NCBI GenBank assembly: GCA_963706595.1
Contig: OY970166.1
Location: 1,568,001 to 1,632,000 of the forward strand
Direction: 5' to 3'
DNA length: 64,000 bases
DNA from: an uncultured cyanobacterium
GTDB taxonomy: Bacteria > Cyanobacteriota > Cyanobacteriia > Cyanobacteriales > Nostocaceae
Positions 39,596 to 49,606 of this stretch are shown piece by piece. The notes beneath the pieces are model-generated. The model was not told where the DNA came from, made no database searches, and saw only the letters and a list, made by a program, of their open reading frames with translations. Every line of letters begins with the position of its first letter. The stretch's first letter is position 1. Made by a program: the position numbers and the translations under genes.

Positions 39596-40375
39596 CTACC
39601 AAGGTAACTTACTTCCATCCCACGAGAAAAATTTTCCACTATCACCGTCTTGAAGTTGGTCAATTACAGACAGCAATTGAGTTACACAAAGTTCGACTGA
39701 AAATAGCTTTTCCGGTGGTACGTTTTTCTGGAATGGACGCGATAGACGTGTATCTGTTGTTCCAGGATGTAAAGTTACTATTAATGTTTTCGGACAGCTT
39801 CTGCCATACTCAATTGCTGCTGTTCGCATAAACATATTGAGTGCCGTTTTAGAAGCCCGATAGCCATACCAGCCACCGATTTCGTTGTCGCCAATACTAG
39901 CCAATTTAGCAGAAATACTAGCAAAAACGCTATTTTCACTATGGCGAAATAAAGGTAATAAGTGTTTAGCTAGTAAAATAGATCCAATACTGTTAATTTG
40001 GAAGTAACGCAGCAAATTTTCCGAATTAATCTGTCTTAAACTTTTTTCAGGTTGGAAAGTGTCGTCATGCAATATTCCCACACAATTAATCACTAAATGT
40101 AACTTGTTGACTTCATTTTTAATGCGTTGGATAACTTCAGCAATTTGCGATTCTTCCGTAATATCCAAAGATAAACAAACTAATTTATCAAAATATTTAT
40201 TTTCTAAAGAAATTAATTCATCGGCTGATTCCAGTTGACGATAAGTTGCATAAACTTTGGCAATTCTATCATCTTGAAGCAGTTTTTTCACAAAACCTAA
40301 GCCGATACCTTGACTAGCACCAATAATCAAGGCGTTAGCAGAATTAAGAGTATTTCCAAAAGCCATATATTTCAT
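39596..40375 (-). CDS. Short-chain dehydrogenase/reductase (CsgA/C-factor-like)
   Basis: GASQGIG, PEKSL, YRASK, HPGTTDT. Confidence 0.9.
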   Translation of the reverse strand: MKYMAFGNTLNSANALIIGASQGIGLGFVKKLLQDDRIAKVYATYRQLESADELISLENKYFDKLVCLSLDITEESQIAEVIQRIKNEVNKLHLVINCVGILHDDTFQPEKSLRQINSENLLRYFQINSIGSILLAKHLLPLFRHSENSVFASISAKLASIGDNEIGGWYGYRASKTALNMFMRTAAIEYGRSCPKTLIVTLHPGTTDTRLSRPFQKNVPPEKLFSVELCVTQLLSVIDQLQDGDSGKFFSWDGSKLPW

Positions 40376-40466
40376 CTTTGATAAAAGATTATAACATTTT
40401 CTAGTCTAATAAATTACAAAATTATCTGCGTTTATCTGCGTCCATCTGCGTTTAATTATTACTACT

Positions 40467-41858
40467 TTATTTACCAATACAAAATCTACTAAAAATCCGA
40501 TCAAGTACAGATTCAGTAACCTGCTCTCCAGTTATTTCTCCTAACGCTTGAATTGCACCACGTAAATCAATTGTCCAGAAATCAAGGGGTAATTGATCTG
40601 CAATTGTAACTTGTACTTGTTCTAGAGATATTTTAGCTTGAGTTAAGGCTGCTGCTTGCCTTTGGTTAATTGCTAAATCCATATCAGCAGCTTGCACTTT
40701 CCCCGTTTGCACAATGTTTAAAATTGCCGTTTCCAAAGCATCAATACCTTGATTTTCTGCCGCTACTGTGGTAACAATTTGGTTAATGTTTTGGGGATAT
40801 TTCAAACCAATATTAAAGGGTGTTTCTATTAGGTCAATTTTATTAATGACTAGAATTAAGGGGCGGTGTTGGACTTGTTGATAAATTTCCTGGTCAGCTT
40901 CAGTCCATCCTACTGATGCGTCAATAGTTAATAATACTAAATCAGCTGCATTTGCCGCACGACGCGATCGCTCTACGCCGATTTTTTCTACTTGGTCTAC
41001 TGTTTCCCGAATTCCGGCTGTATCTAGCACCTGCACAGGAATTCCCCCGACAACCAGCTGAGACTCCACCACATCGCGGGTTGTCCCTGGTAAATCAGTC
41101 ACAATGGCGCGATCGCTCTGACTCCAAGCATTTAATAAACTGGATTTACCGACATTTGGTCGTCCCACAATTGCCACTTTTAACCCAGTTCGCAGCAGTT
41201 CGCCTTTATCCTTTGTGGCTAAAAATCTGCTAATTTCTGCGGCAACGTGATCAATATCTGATATGATGGCTTCATGATCCAACGGAGGTAAGTCTTCCTC
41301 AAAGTCAATTCGAGCTTCAATCTCTGCCAAAATATCCAAACAGTTAGCGCGTAACTGCCGAATGGGAGATGCTAATTTTCCCTGTAAACCAGCTAAAGCC
41401 GTTTGAGCAGCTTGGGGCGATCGCGCACCCACTAAATCAGCAATGCTTTCAGATTGGGTTAAATCCAGCCGTCCATTCAAAAAGGCTCGGAGCGTAAATT
41501 CACCCGGTTGAGCAAGCCTAGCGCCCTGTTCTAGACACAATTGTAAGACCTGCTGCACTGCCATAATTCCGCCGTGACAATGGAATTCTACCACATCTTC
41601 ACGAGTGTAAGAACGGGGAGCTTGCATGATTAATAACAGCGCTTCATCCACCAATGCTTGTGTCTGGGGATGGCGGATATAACCGTAAAGGACACGGTGA
41701 CTTTCCCAAACTTGCTGCCCAGGGGCGGAAAATAGAGCTTGTGCGATCGCCATTGCTTGGGAACCAGACACCCGTACAATACTAACGCTACCCTGTTGGG
41801 GAATTACAGCCGTTGCGATCGCGGCGATGGTTCCAGTAATAGCTAAGAGTTCCGACAT
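40467..41858 (-). CDS. mnmE: tRNA modification GTPase MnmE
   Basis: [23 protein letters not shown]-terminal FCIGK. Confidence 0.97.
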   Translation of the reverse strand: MSELLAITGTIAAIATAVIPQQGSVSIVRVSGSQAMAIAQALFSAPGQQVWESHRVLYGYIRHPQTQALVDEALLLIMQAPRSYTREDVVEFHCHGGIMAVQQVLQLCLEQGARLAQPGEFTLRAFLNGRLDLTQSESIADLVGARSPQAAQTALAGLQGKLASPIRQLRANCLDILAEIEARIDFEEDLPPLDHEAIISDIDHVAAEISRFLATKDKGELLRTGLKVAIVGRPNVGKSSLLNAWSQSDRAIVTDLPGTTRDVVESQLVVGGIPVQVLDTAGIRETVDQVEKIGVERSRRAANAADLVLLTIDASVGWTEADQEIYQQVQHRPLILVINKIDLIETPFNIGLKYPQNINQIVTTVAAENQGIDALETAILNIVQTGKVQAADMDLAINQRQAAALTQAKISLEQVQVTIADQLPLDFWTIDLRGAIQALGEITGEQVTESVLDRIFSRFCIGK

Positions 41859-42008
41859 GAGCGCCCTTGTTAGCAAAACATTTCATATATATGCTATTAG
41901 CGTAGCAGCAGTTTTATCATAGTCAATTAAGGAGACTTGATATTAAGAGTAGAGATTTACAGTATCAATCACAACTCTTAACTCATATTTTAAAGAGAGG
42001 AACTCACT

Positions 42009-42209
42009 GTGGAACAACAAATTGATTGCACTCAAGCCTGCGTAAACGGCTGTATATTAGGGGATAAATGCCCCCATATTGAGTTTAGAGAAGCCACGAG
42101 CAAATTTATCGAAGAGACTTCTTTAGACCAAATGCTGACGATGGCAGAAGAACGCTTGCGGAAAAAAATGACCGAACCACCAAAATGGGTTTTACCCGAA
42201 GACTTATAA
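42009..42209 (+). CDS. Small Cys-rich hypothetical protein
   Basis: CxxxCxxxCxxxxxC N-terminus; GAGG RBS before GTG. Confidence 0.7.
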   Translation: MEQQIDCTQACVNGCILGDKCPHIEFREATSKFIEETSLDQMLTMAEERLRKKMTEPPKWVLPEDL

Positions 42210-42274
42210 AAATTCTACATTCTTTCTCCCCTCCTCGCTTGCGGGGAGGGGCTGGGGGTGGGGTTCCATATTTT

Positions 42275-43255
42275 CTACTGAGTTTGAAAGATATTTTGCA
42301 CCATTTTCTTATCCGTACTTGCAGCAGCTTGATCTAAAGCCGCAATTTCGCCAGAATCTAACAACCAACCCAAAGCATCAATATTCTGCTGCGCCTGTTC
42401 CAGACTTTTCGCCCCAGGGATAGGAATAGTACCCTTACAGATACACCAGTTAATTGCTACCTGAGACATAGTTTTATTTCTAAATTCTGCCACCTCTCGT
42501 AAACATTCTAAGAGCGATCGCACTCCAGGTAAAAGCTGCCTAAATAATAAACCCCGGATACCCTTGGGTAAACTCCCTTTTTCCGCATATTTCCCCGTTA
42601 AAATCCCCAACGCGAGAGGACTATAGGCAATTAACTTTATCCCCAATTCGTCACAAACATCCTTCAGCCCTAATTCCGTCACAGGATAGGTAGATAGTAA
42701 AGAATACTGAACTTGCAGCGTTTTAATAGGAACACCCCGCGCCGCAAACTTTTCATGTACCCGTTGCAGGCGTTTCGGTCCATAATTAGATAAACCGACC
42801 CCCTTCACTAGACCTTGTTCGTATAAATCAGCCAAACCATCTAACAAACCTGATTCTTGCCAAGGTGCATAATTAGCCGTAGACCAGTGCATTTGCACCA
42901 AATCGACATTTTTGCCCAAACGTTGCGCCGAAGCCTGACAAGCCTTAACCATAGCTTGACGAGTCCATCTCCAAGGGTAAGCCGCCAGCTTAGTAGCAAT
43001 GCAAATATTATCTTGATTTACCCCTTGATATTCTTTAGTAAATCGCCCCAACAGTAACTCACTGCGTCCATTTAATCGCCCAGTCCCGTAAGAATCGCCA
43101 GTATCAAACAAAGTTACACCATTGCTGACACAGAGATTAAAAACAGCCTGTAACTGTTCATCCATGCTTTCATCATATCCCCAGAGTAATTGATTACCCC
43201 ATGCCCAAGTGCCACAGCCCATACTGGGTAGAGATAGTTCTTGGCTAATCTGCAT
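42275..43255 (-). CDS. Aldo/keto reductase
   Basis: GTWAWG, FDTGDSYG, IATK, GLSNY, AYSPLALG, PIPGAK. Confidence 0.92.
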   Translation of the reverse strand: MQISQELSLPSMGCGTWAWGNQLLWGYDESMDEQLQAVFNLCVSNGVTLFDTGDSYGTGRLNGRSELLLGRFTKEYQGVNQDNICIATKLAAYPWRWTRQAMVKACQASAQRLGKNVDLVQMHWSTANYAPWQESGLLDGLADLYEQGLVKGVGLSNYGPKRLQRVHEKFAARGVPIKTLQVQYSLLSTYPVTELGLKDVCDELGIKLIAYSPLALGILTGKYAEKGSLPKGIRGLLFRQLLPGVRSLLECLREVAEFRNKTMSQVAINWCICKGTIPIPGAKSLEQAQQNIDALGWLLDSGEIAALDQAAASTDKKMVQNIFQTQ

Positions 43256-43308
43256 ATTGACTCATTGTAGACATCCCTAACAACTAATTATCTTCATATC
43301 TTGTACCG

Positions 43309-43391
43309 GGCGACTAGAAGTCGCGGCTATACAAACAAAGTCCGCCTGCGCGGACTAAGAGAAAATTAGAGTTTTTAACCCACGGACGTGT
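43309..43391. repeat. Internal fragment of the 39040/53760 MITE family
   Basis: ggcgactagaagtcgcgg...gtccgcctgcgcggact...tttttaacccacg. Confidence 0.65.
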
Positions 43392-43556
43392 GTTGTCGCT
43401 ACCCTTCTCTTCCTTCTTACCTTTGCGCCTTTGCGCCTTTGCGTGAAACAAATCCATATTCTCAAAGTTCAATTGAGACAACAAAAAACGCAATAAATGC
43501 TAAAGTCTGAAAATTGAGGTCAATTTAAGAACTTAAACCAAAAAACTAACTAAAGC

Positions 43557-44012
43557 ATGGAAGCGCAAATCAGTAGTAACGAAATCATGGCTATGCGGGA
43601 AATATTGCAAGATTACACACCTGCACAGTATGCCCTAGATAACTTAGCCAGACACAACGGTAAAGTTGAACGCTCATTTGAGGATTTATGGATTGAGAAA
43701 AATGGCAAAACATTAATGTCAGAGGGCAAATCAATCTGGAAAGTCACGCTGAATGTACTGCGTCAAGAACTCTGCGGTGATGATGGCTTTCGTGGTCAAC
43801 TCAAAGAATATACGAAAAATCCAGGGAGTTCACCCTTGCTATCCGGTTTGATTGTCTCTCTAGTCGGTCTTGCAACCACAAATGGATTACCAATTGATCC
43901 AGCCATCGCCACTGTAATTGTTTTGTATATACTCAAAATAGGATTAAATATATTTTGTGACTACACAGAACCACCTGCGGAAAAGGTTGGAACTCTCCCA
44001 CCGGGAGACTAA
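43557..44012 (+). CDS. Hypothetical protein with C-terminal hydrophobic hairpin
   Basis: 151-aa ORF; two hydrophobic segments at the C-terminus. Confidence 0.7.
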   Translation: MEAQISSNEIMAMREILQDYTPAQYALDNLARHNGKVERSFEDLWIEKNGKTLMSEGKSIWKVTLNVLRQELCGDDGFRGQLKEYTKNPGSSPLLSGLIVSLVGLATTNGLPIDPAIATVIVLYILKIGLNIFCDYTEPPAEKVGTLPPGD

Positions 44013-44167
44013 TATGGTTTAGTTTTATCTTTAAATTTTAGCCCTTTCTTCGCTTGCGGGGAGGGGGAATGCGTCACGTCGCTTCGCTCCGAATTCAAAA
44101 TTCAAAATTCAAAATTCAAAATTAAACACCCCACGGATAAATCCGGGGGCTTGAATTGCTGTAATGA

Positions 44168-47100
44168 TCAATCTGGTAATCTGTCTAAAATTTCCCGTGT
44201 CATCGCTGCATGATATTCATCCTGATACTCAACAAATATCTCTAACGCTGTCTGCAAGTTAGCCCTCGCCTCTGGGTAGTTTTCCTCTGCTTGTGCAAGT
44301 AGTCCTAATGATAAGTAGGTGAGGGATTGGGAATGGTGATCCCTATATTCGATAAAGATGTTCAAAGCCTGTTGATAATTGCGCCGTGCTTCTTCATATT
44401 CTCGCAATTGTTGGGCAACTGTTCCCAATTGGTGGTAGGTGCTGGCTTGGGAATAGCGATCACTATATTCGATTTTGATATTCAAAGCCTGTTGATAGTT
44501 GCGCCTTGCCTCTTCATATTTGTGCAATTCTTGGGCAACTCTTCCTAAGTTGTGGTAAGCACCGGCTTGGGAATAGCGAGCTTCCGAAGGAAGAGCTTCG
44601 CTACCGCCATATTCGATAAAAATATTCAAAGCCTGTTGATAATTGCGCCGTGCCTCTTCATATTCGTGTAATTTTAGAGCCACATTTCCCAACTCGTGGT
44701 AGGTGCTGGCCTGAAAATAGCGATCACTATATTCGATTTTGAGATTTAAAGCCTGTTGATAATTGCGCCGTGCCTCCTCATATTCGTGCAATTCTTCGGC
44801 AACACTTCCCAACTGATGGTAAGTGCTGGCTTGGGAATGATGGTCGCTATATTCGATGTCGATATTCAAAGCCTGTTGATAATTGCGCTGTGCCTCTTCA
44901 TATTCGTGCAATTTTTGGGCAACTATTCCCAAATTATGGTACGTTTTGGCAACTGTTGACTTTATTTGTGTTTCTTCTAGACCCCTAAGTTGTTGGCAAA
45001 ATGCTAGATTTTTTTGATAATATTCCCTCGCTTTCTTATAATTGCGTGTTGCTAGGTAGCTACTAGCCAACATACCAACTGCTATCAATATTTCATAATT
45101 ATGATCACTTATAATTTCAGATGGATAAGCTTCTTGAGTTTTGCAGACTAACTCTGCTAATTTCAACATCTTTTGGACATCACTTTTTAATTCTAAGTAT
45201 TTATATAAACAAAAATAGATACTAATACTTTCTTGATTATGTAAACAAATTTGCAACGCACTGTAAAGGTTTTCATATTCCCAGTTACATAATAATATAC
45301 CAACTTGACGCTTTTGAGCATCTTGAGAATCCATCAAATGCTGATAATTTCCTGCCAAACCTATATAATATTTATTAAAACCCTTTTGTAAAGCTTGACT
45401 GGTTGTCTCATTAATAGATGCTAACTTAGTCTTTAAAAAGTAGGGAAAAATAGGTTGAATCCTTAGTAAGTTATGATTATTCTCAATCAATGAGAGTAAA
45501 CCCCAGTTAATTGCTTCTTGAATGGCATCATTGAATTTATCGAAACAGTAATCATTTAATGGTTCTAGTTTTTCTAGTTCCTTGATGTAAACCGGAATAG
45601 TTCCACGACAAATAAACCCACTAAAATGAGCCAAACACAGCAACAACTTCTGTGCATCTGGTGACAAATTACTGTGAGAATATTCCACACATTTCAAAAT
45701 ACTCTTGGTCTTATCCTCACTCACCACATCCAAATTAACATCAGCCCCTTGCAACCCCTGCAAAATCTCCTGGGGTGATTGCCTTTGCAAATTCGTCAAC
45801 ACAACTTCCATCGCCAGGGGATACCCTGCCAACAATTTCATCAACTTTTCAAAATCGGCATCTTGACGAATCCCATCAACAAGGTGTGCAGCTACATTCC
45901 GTTCTAAAATTTTCTCTGCTAATTCCGTCCTGGCTTCTTTATCTAATCCTTGTAACTCATAAATATTTTGTTTAAAAGTCTGAGATTGTAGCCATTCTTC
46001 CCGACTACGTGAACCCAAAACCACCCGCGTTTTACCACCTACCAACTTCCCGACAAAATCCCGGATTTGCTGACGTTCTGCCTCTGGCAAAGTATTTTGA
46101 ATCGCCAGTTGTTGCCCAGTCACCGATTCCAAATTATCCAAAATCACAGCGTAAGCTGCACCCCGCAACTTTGCCACTAATTTCTGTACCTGTGCAGGCT
46201 GACTAATGGCTTGAAACTTCGCCTGTTCAACTCTACCATACACCTGCTGACCAATATCAAACAAAATTTGTGTCAGCGTCCAGGCTTTTTGGTCATAGCC
46301 AAAATAAAATACATCCTCAACAAAATGTGTCCTCTGCCACCATTCCCTTAAATAATTTAACAAAGTTGTTTTACCTGTTCCCCCCATACCTTGCAACAGC
46401 AAAACATTATGCCTGAGTAAGGCTTTCTCAATTTTGAGAATCTCCAAATCCCGACCAAAAAATCCATATTCCGGCAAGGAGAAACGATACTGAATAGCGA
46501 CAGATTCCCAATATTTCTCTTCTTCTTCTGGTGTAAACTGCCGTAAATTAAAATTCACTACCTGATGAGAATAAACCACAGGTAATAACCAATCTTCTAA
46601 ATTAATATAAATGGAAGAGGCTTTACGTTCTTTCTTATTGAACAGTTCCAGCCTCCCCAGCCTGATGGCTTCAGTCATGGGTTTATGATCAAACAAATGT
46701 TGATAAAGCTGTGACATCATCAACTCTGATGCCGACACAGTGACAGAATACCCCATAGCCACTACCATCTGCATCCCTGCGGTCATTAACCTGCTTCCCA
46801 GACTGGTTTCACGAGTATCTTCACTTAACCCCTCCTCGCTGGCGGAGTTCCTCACCTGTTTCCCCGATTGACAAGCATTGAGAATACACACAGGAATCCC
46901 CTTTCCGGTAAACAATGCGGCTAATTCTGAAGCTTCTACCAAATCAACCTTTCCCTGAGACTCGCCCTCAAAGCAGACAAAAGCTTTCACCCCATCAAAG
47001 GGCTGCAAATTACCACGTCCATAGCGCCCTTTATAGAAATAGCGTTCAGGTTTGCTGGGAGACTGAACCTGTTGATAATTTAGCAGCGCCCCGTGCATAT

Positions 47101-47758
47101 CCAAATGAACGATGTGATAAAATCCCGCACCTTTTTCTTGTAAATGCTTAGACAAACTTTCGTAAGTTCCCGGACGCAGCAACTCCACATTTACCCGCAA
47201 ATTGCTATTGTCAATCAACTCCAGCAACGGGCGAGAAATTGTCCGATAGCCCACATCCCTTTCCTCATCTGGACGCGCCACCACCACCAGCAGATTAATC
47301 ACAGGCGATAACTGCACATTAGCTGAAACTGGTGCAGGTGTGACATTCTTCCGCAACATTACACAGTCTACCGCCAGTGGTCGGCTTAAATCTGGGTCTT
47401 GTAGAGCTTCCCAGTGTAAAGCGTGAAATTCTGGGGTTTTTGCCACGATTTCAATCTGTACTTGACTCAGATTACCCCGCAGTTGTCGATATAAGTTGTA
47501 AGCATTGAAATCTGCCTGAAAAACTTGCTTAAATAGGCTTTCACCGTATATTTTAACGCTGGCTGCTGCCCTCTCTGCAATGACAGTATAACTAAAAGGA
47601 AACGTTACCCATTCTTCAAAATACCACTCTAGTTCTTTTTCTTCCTTTGCGGTAAAGGGGTCAGTAATCGTAACTGGGTATTCTCCGCCATCAAATTTGA
47701 GAATTGCTGCAAATCCGGTATCTATTCGCCCTTCTTCTCGAATTGTGATGACTGTCAT
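44168..47758 (-). CDS. CHAT (caspase-like) protease-NB-ARC/STAND ATPase-TPR protein
   Basis: HIVHLDMHG and LNACQS catalytic His/Cys motifs; Walker A GMGGTGKT, Walker B ILDNLE, GYPLA; C-terminal 40-aa TPR repeats. Confidence 0.88.
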   Translation of the reverse strand: MTVITIREEGRIDTGFAAILKFDGGEYPVTITDPFTAKEEKELEWYFEEWVTFPFSYTVIAERAAASVKIYGESLFKQVFQADFNAYNLYRQLRGNLSQVQIEIVAKTPEFHALHWEALQDPDLSRPLAVDCVMLRKNVTPAPVSANVQLSPVINLLVVVARPDEERDVGYRTISRPLLELIDNSNLRVNVELLRPGTYESLSKHLQEKGAGFYHIVHLDMHGALLNYQQVQSPSKPERYFYKGRYGRGNLQPFDGVKAFVCFEGESQGKVDLVEASELAALFTGKGIPVCILNACQSGKQVRNSASEEGLSEDTRETSLGSRLMTAGMQMVVAMGYSVTVSASELMMSQLYQHLFDHKPMTEAIRLGRLELFNKKERKASSIYINLEDWLLPVVYSHQVVNFNLRQFTPEEEEKYWESVAIQYRFSLPEYGFFGRDLEILKIEKALLRHNVLLLQGMGGTGKTTLLNYLREWWQRTHFVEDVFYFGYDQKAWTLTQILFDIGQQVYGRVEQAKFQAISQPAQVQKLVAKLRGAAYAVILDNLESVTGQQLAIQNTLPEAERQQIRDFVGKLVGGKTRVVLGSRSREEWLQSQTFKQNIYELQGLDKEARTELAEKILERNVAAHLVDGIRQDADFEKLMKLLAGYPLAMEVVLTNLQRQSPQEILQGLQGADVNLDVVSEDKTKSILKCVEYSHSNLSPDAQKLLLCLAHFSGFICRGTIPVYIKELEKLEPLNDYCFDKFNDAIQEAINWGLLSLIENNHNLLRIQPIFPYFLKTKLASINETTSQALQKGFNKYYIGLAGNYQHLMDSQDAQKRQVGILLCNWEYENLYSALQICLHNQESISIYFCLYKYLELKSDVQKMLKLAELVCKTQEAYPSEIISDHNYEILIAVGMLASSYLATRNYKKAREYYQKNLAFCQQLRGLEETQIKSTVAKTYHNLGIVAQKLHEYEEAQRNYQQALNIDIEYSDHHSQASTYHQLGSVAEELHEYEEARRNYQQALNLKIEYSDRYFQASTYHELGNVALKLHEYEEARRNYQQALNIFIEYGGSEALPSEARYSQAGAYHNLGRVAQELHKYEEARRNYQQALNIKIEYSDRYSQASTYHQLGTVAQQLREYEEARRNYQQALNIFIEYRDHHSQSLTYLSLGLLAQAEENYPEARANLQTALEIFVEYQDEYHAAMTREILDRLPD

Positions 47759-48191
47759 GGGTTAAGCTTGTCCGCACGTATGATTACACACCTACATACT
47801 ACATAATATTGTTTGGCGTTTTGCGGATAAGCATAAAAAACAGCACTTTGACTCAAAGTATGCAAGAATATTGATTTGAATCGATTTAATGTGATTTCCC
47901 CTCATATTCTGGAAAAATTCACCATATTTAGTGTTTAATTTGACTGAAACTTTAAAGGGAATTTAGTAAATTTACGAATAGTATATTTACTCTGACTTGT
48001 AGCTAGAAAACCCTAGAGTTACTACTAAACATAGTTATCGCCCTTTAGAGAAAAAAATTAGCGGACACTTTTGAGTTTCTAGCTACGTCACCTATATTAC
48101 CGTGCTAAGTCTGCTTCGGTTTCTCGGAAGCAAACATTTGTTGTGCATGGAACAAACAACTAACGACCAACAAACCCTTTAGTAAGCATAA

Positions 48192-49472
48192 ATGTTCGTA
48201 GATGATATGGCTAGTAAATTTGCTCACACAAGAATATGGCAAGCATGGAGAGCTAACAGATTATTCCAGACAATGAAGTTACCTTTGATTATGCGATCGC
48301 AATCGCTCAAGAGTTTCTTTCCCATTCTTGTCTTCATATCATTTATTACGGCACTGCTACTGAATAGTTTTAGTCCAGTAATGGCACAGCTACCGCGTCA
48401 AGAGATTCGCGGCGTTTGGATCACCAACAATGATTTTGACATCCTCAAAGATCGCACCAAAGTGCAAGAAGCCATGACTCAATTACGGGGGCTAAACTTC
48501 AACACGATCTATCCTGTGGTGTGGAACTCTGGCTATGTGATGTATCCCAGTGCCGTGGCACAACGAGCTGGTATCCAACCCTTTGTCTTTAAAGGTTCAG
48601 ATGGACATGATATTCTCGCAGACTTAATTACCCAAGCCCATCGTCGGGGACTCTTAGCCATTCCTTGGTTTGAGTTTGGTTTCATGGCTCCCCCCACCTC
48701 AGAACTGGCCTTGGAACACCCAGAATGGCTGACACAAAAGCGGGATGGTAGCCAAACTTCCATTAGTGCAGCTGGTGAAGTTGTGTGGCTCAATCCCTTC
48801 CATCCTGAAGTACAGCAATTTATTACTAGTCTTGTAGTAGAGAATGTGACTCAATATGATGTCGATGGCATTCAGTTCGATGATCACATGAGTTTGCCCC
48901 ACGAATTTGGTTACGATCCATATACCATTGCCTTATATACCGAAGAAACCAAAAATCGTCCCCCCAATAATCCCCAAGATGAAGCATGGGTACGCTGGCG
49001 GGCAGATAAAATTACAGCCTTTATGGTGCAACTCAACCAAGCTGTAAAAGCCAGAAAACCCAACGCGATTTTCTCGGTTGCTCCCAACTACTACGATTTT
49101 GCTTATAAGTTTCACCTCCAAGACTGGCTGGCTTGGATGCGGCAAAATATTGTAGACGAGCTAATTGTGCAGATTTATCGCCCCGATTTGCAAAGCTTCG
49201 TGTCTAATATTTCCCGCAGAGAAATTCAAGAAGCCCAACAAGTGATTCCCACAGGTATCGGTGTGATGACAGGTTTACGAAATCGACCTGTTTCCATCCA
49301 ACAAATTAAGGCTCAGGTCAGGGCTGCCCAAGAACGCGGTTTAGGTGTCACCTTCTTTTACTACGAAACACTTTGGAACTCTGCCCCAGAACCTGCAAGC
49401 CAAAGGATAGCCGGATTTAAAAGTCTTTTCCCGACTCCTGCCTTCCGTTCAGCAATGCAGTCAAGAAACTGA
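48192..49472 (+). CDS. Glycoside hydrolase family 10-like (GHL10/DUF187) protein
   Basis: EIRGVW, NTIYPVVW, PWFEFG, WLNPFHPEV, DGIQFDDH; start uncertain. Confidence 0.88.
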   Translation: MFVDDMASKFAHTRIWQAWRANRLFQTMKLPLIMRSQSLKSFFPILVFISFITALLLNSFSPVMAQLPRQEIRGVWITNNDFDILKDRTKVQEAMTQLRGLNFNTIYPVVWNSGYVMYPSAVAQRAGIQPFVFKGSDGHDILADLITQAHRRGLLAIPWFEFGFMAPPTSELALEHPEWLTQKRDGSQTSISAAGEVVWLNPFHPEVQQFITSLVVENVTQYDVDGIQFDDHMSLPHEFGYDPYTIALYTEETKNRPPNNPQDEAWVRWRADKITAFMVQLNQAVKARKPNAIFSVAPNYYDFAYKFHLQDWLAWMRQNIVDELIVQIYRPDLQSFVSNISRREIQEAQQVIPTGIGVMTGLRNRPVSIQQIKAQVRAAQERGLGVTFFYYETLWNSAPEPASQRIAGFKSLFPTPAFRSAMQSRN

Positions 49473-49606
49473 TACAGCAAATTTCATCTAATTGAAGTAT
49501 ACCAATGGCGGGCAAGATGCCCGCACCACAAGAGTTTTATGATTTGTATCATAGCCCCATCCTCGCTTGCGGGGAGGGGGTTGGGGGTGGGGTTCTTATC
49601 GCTCTC

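Noticed and set aside
44300..44950. 120-bp direct repeats as a CRISPR or DGR template
   Set aside because: They are in-frame TPR coding repeats; no reverse transcriptase or non-coding template copy is present
48100..48150. Hairpin upstream of the GHL10 gene as a riboswitch
   Set aside because: Only a short stem; no recognisable aptamer consensus
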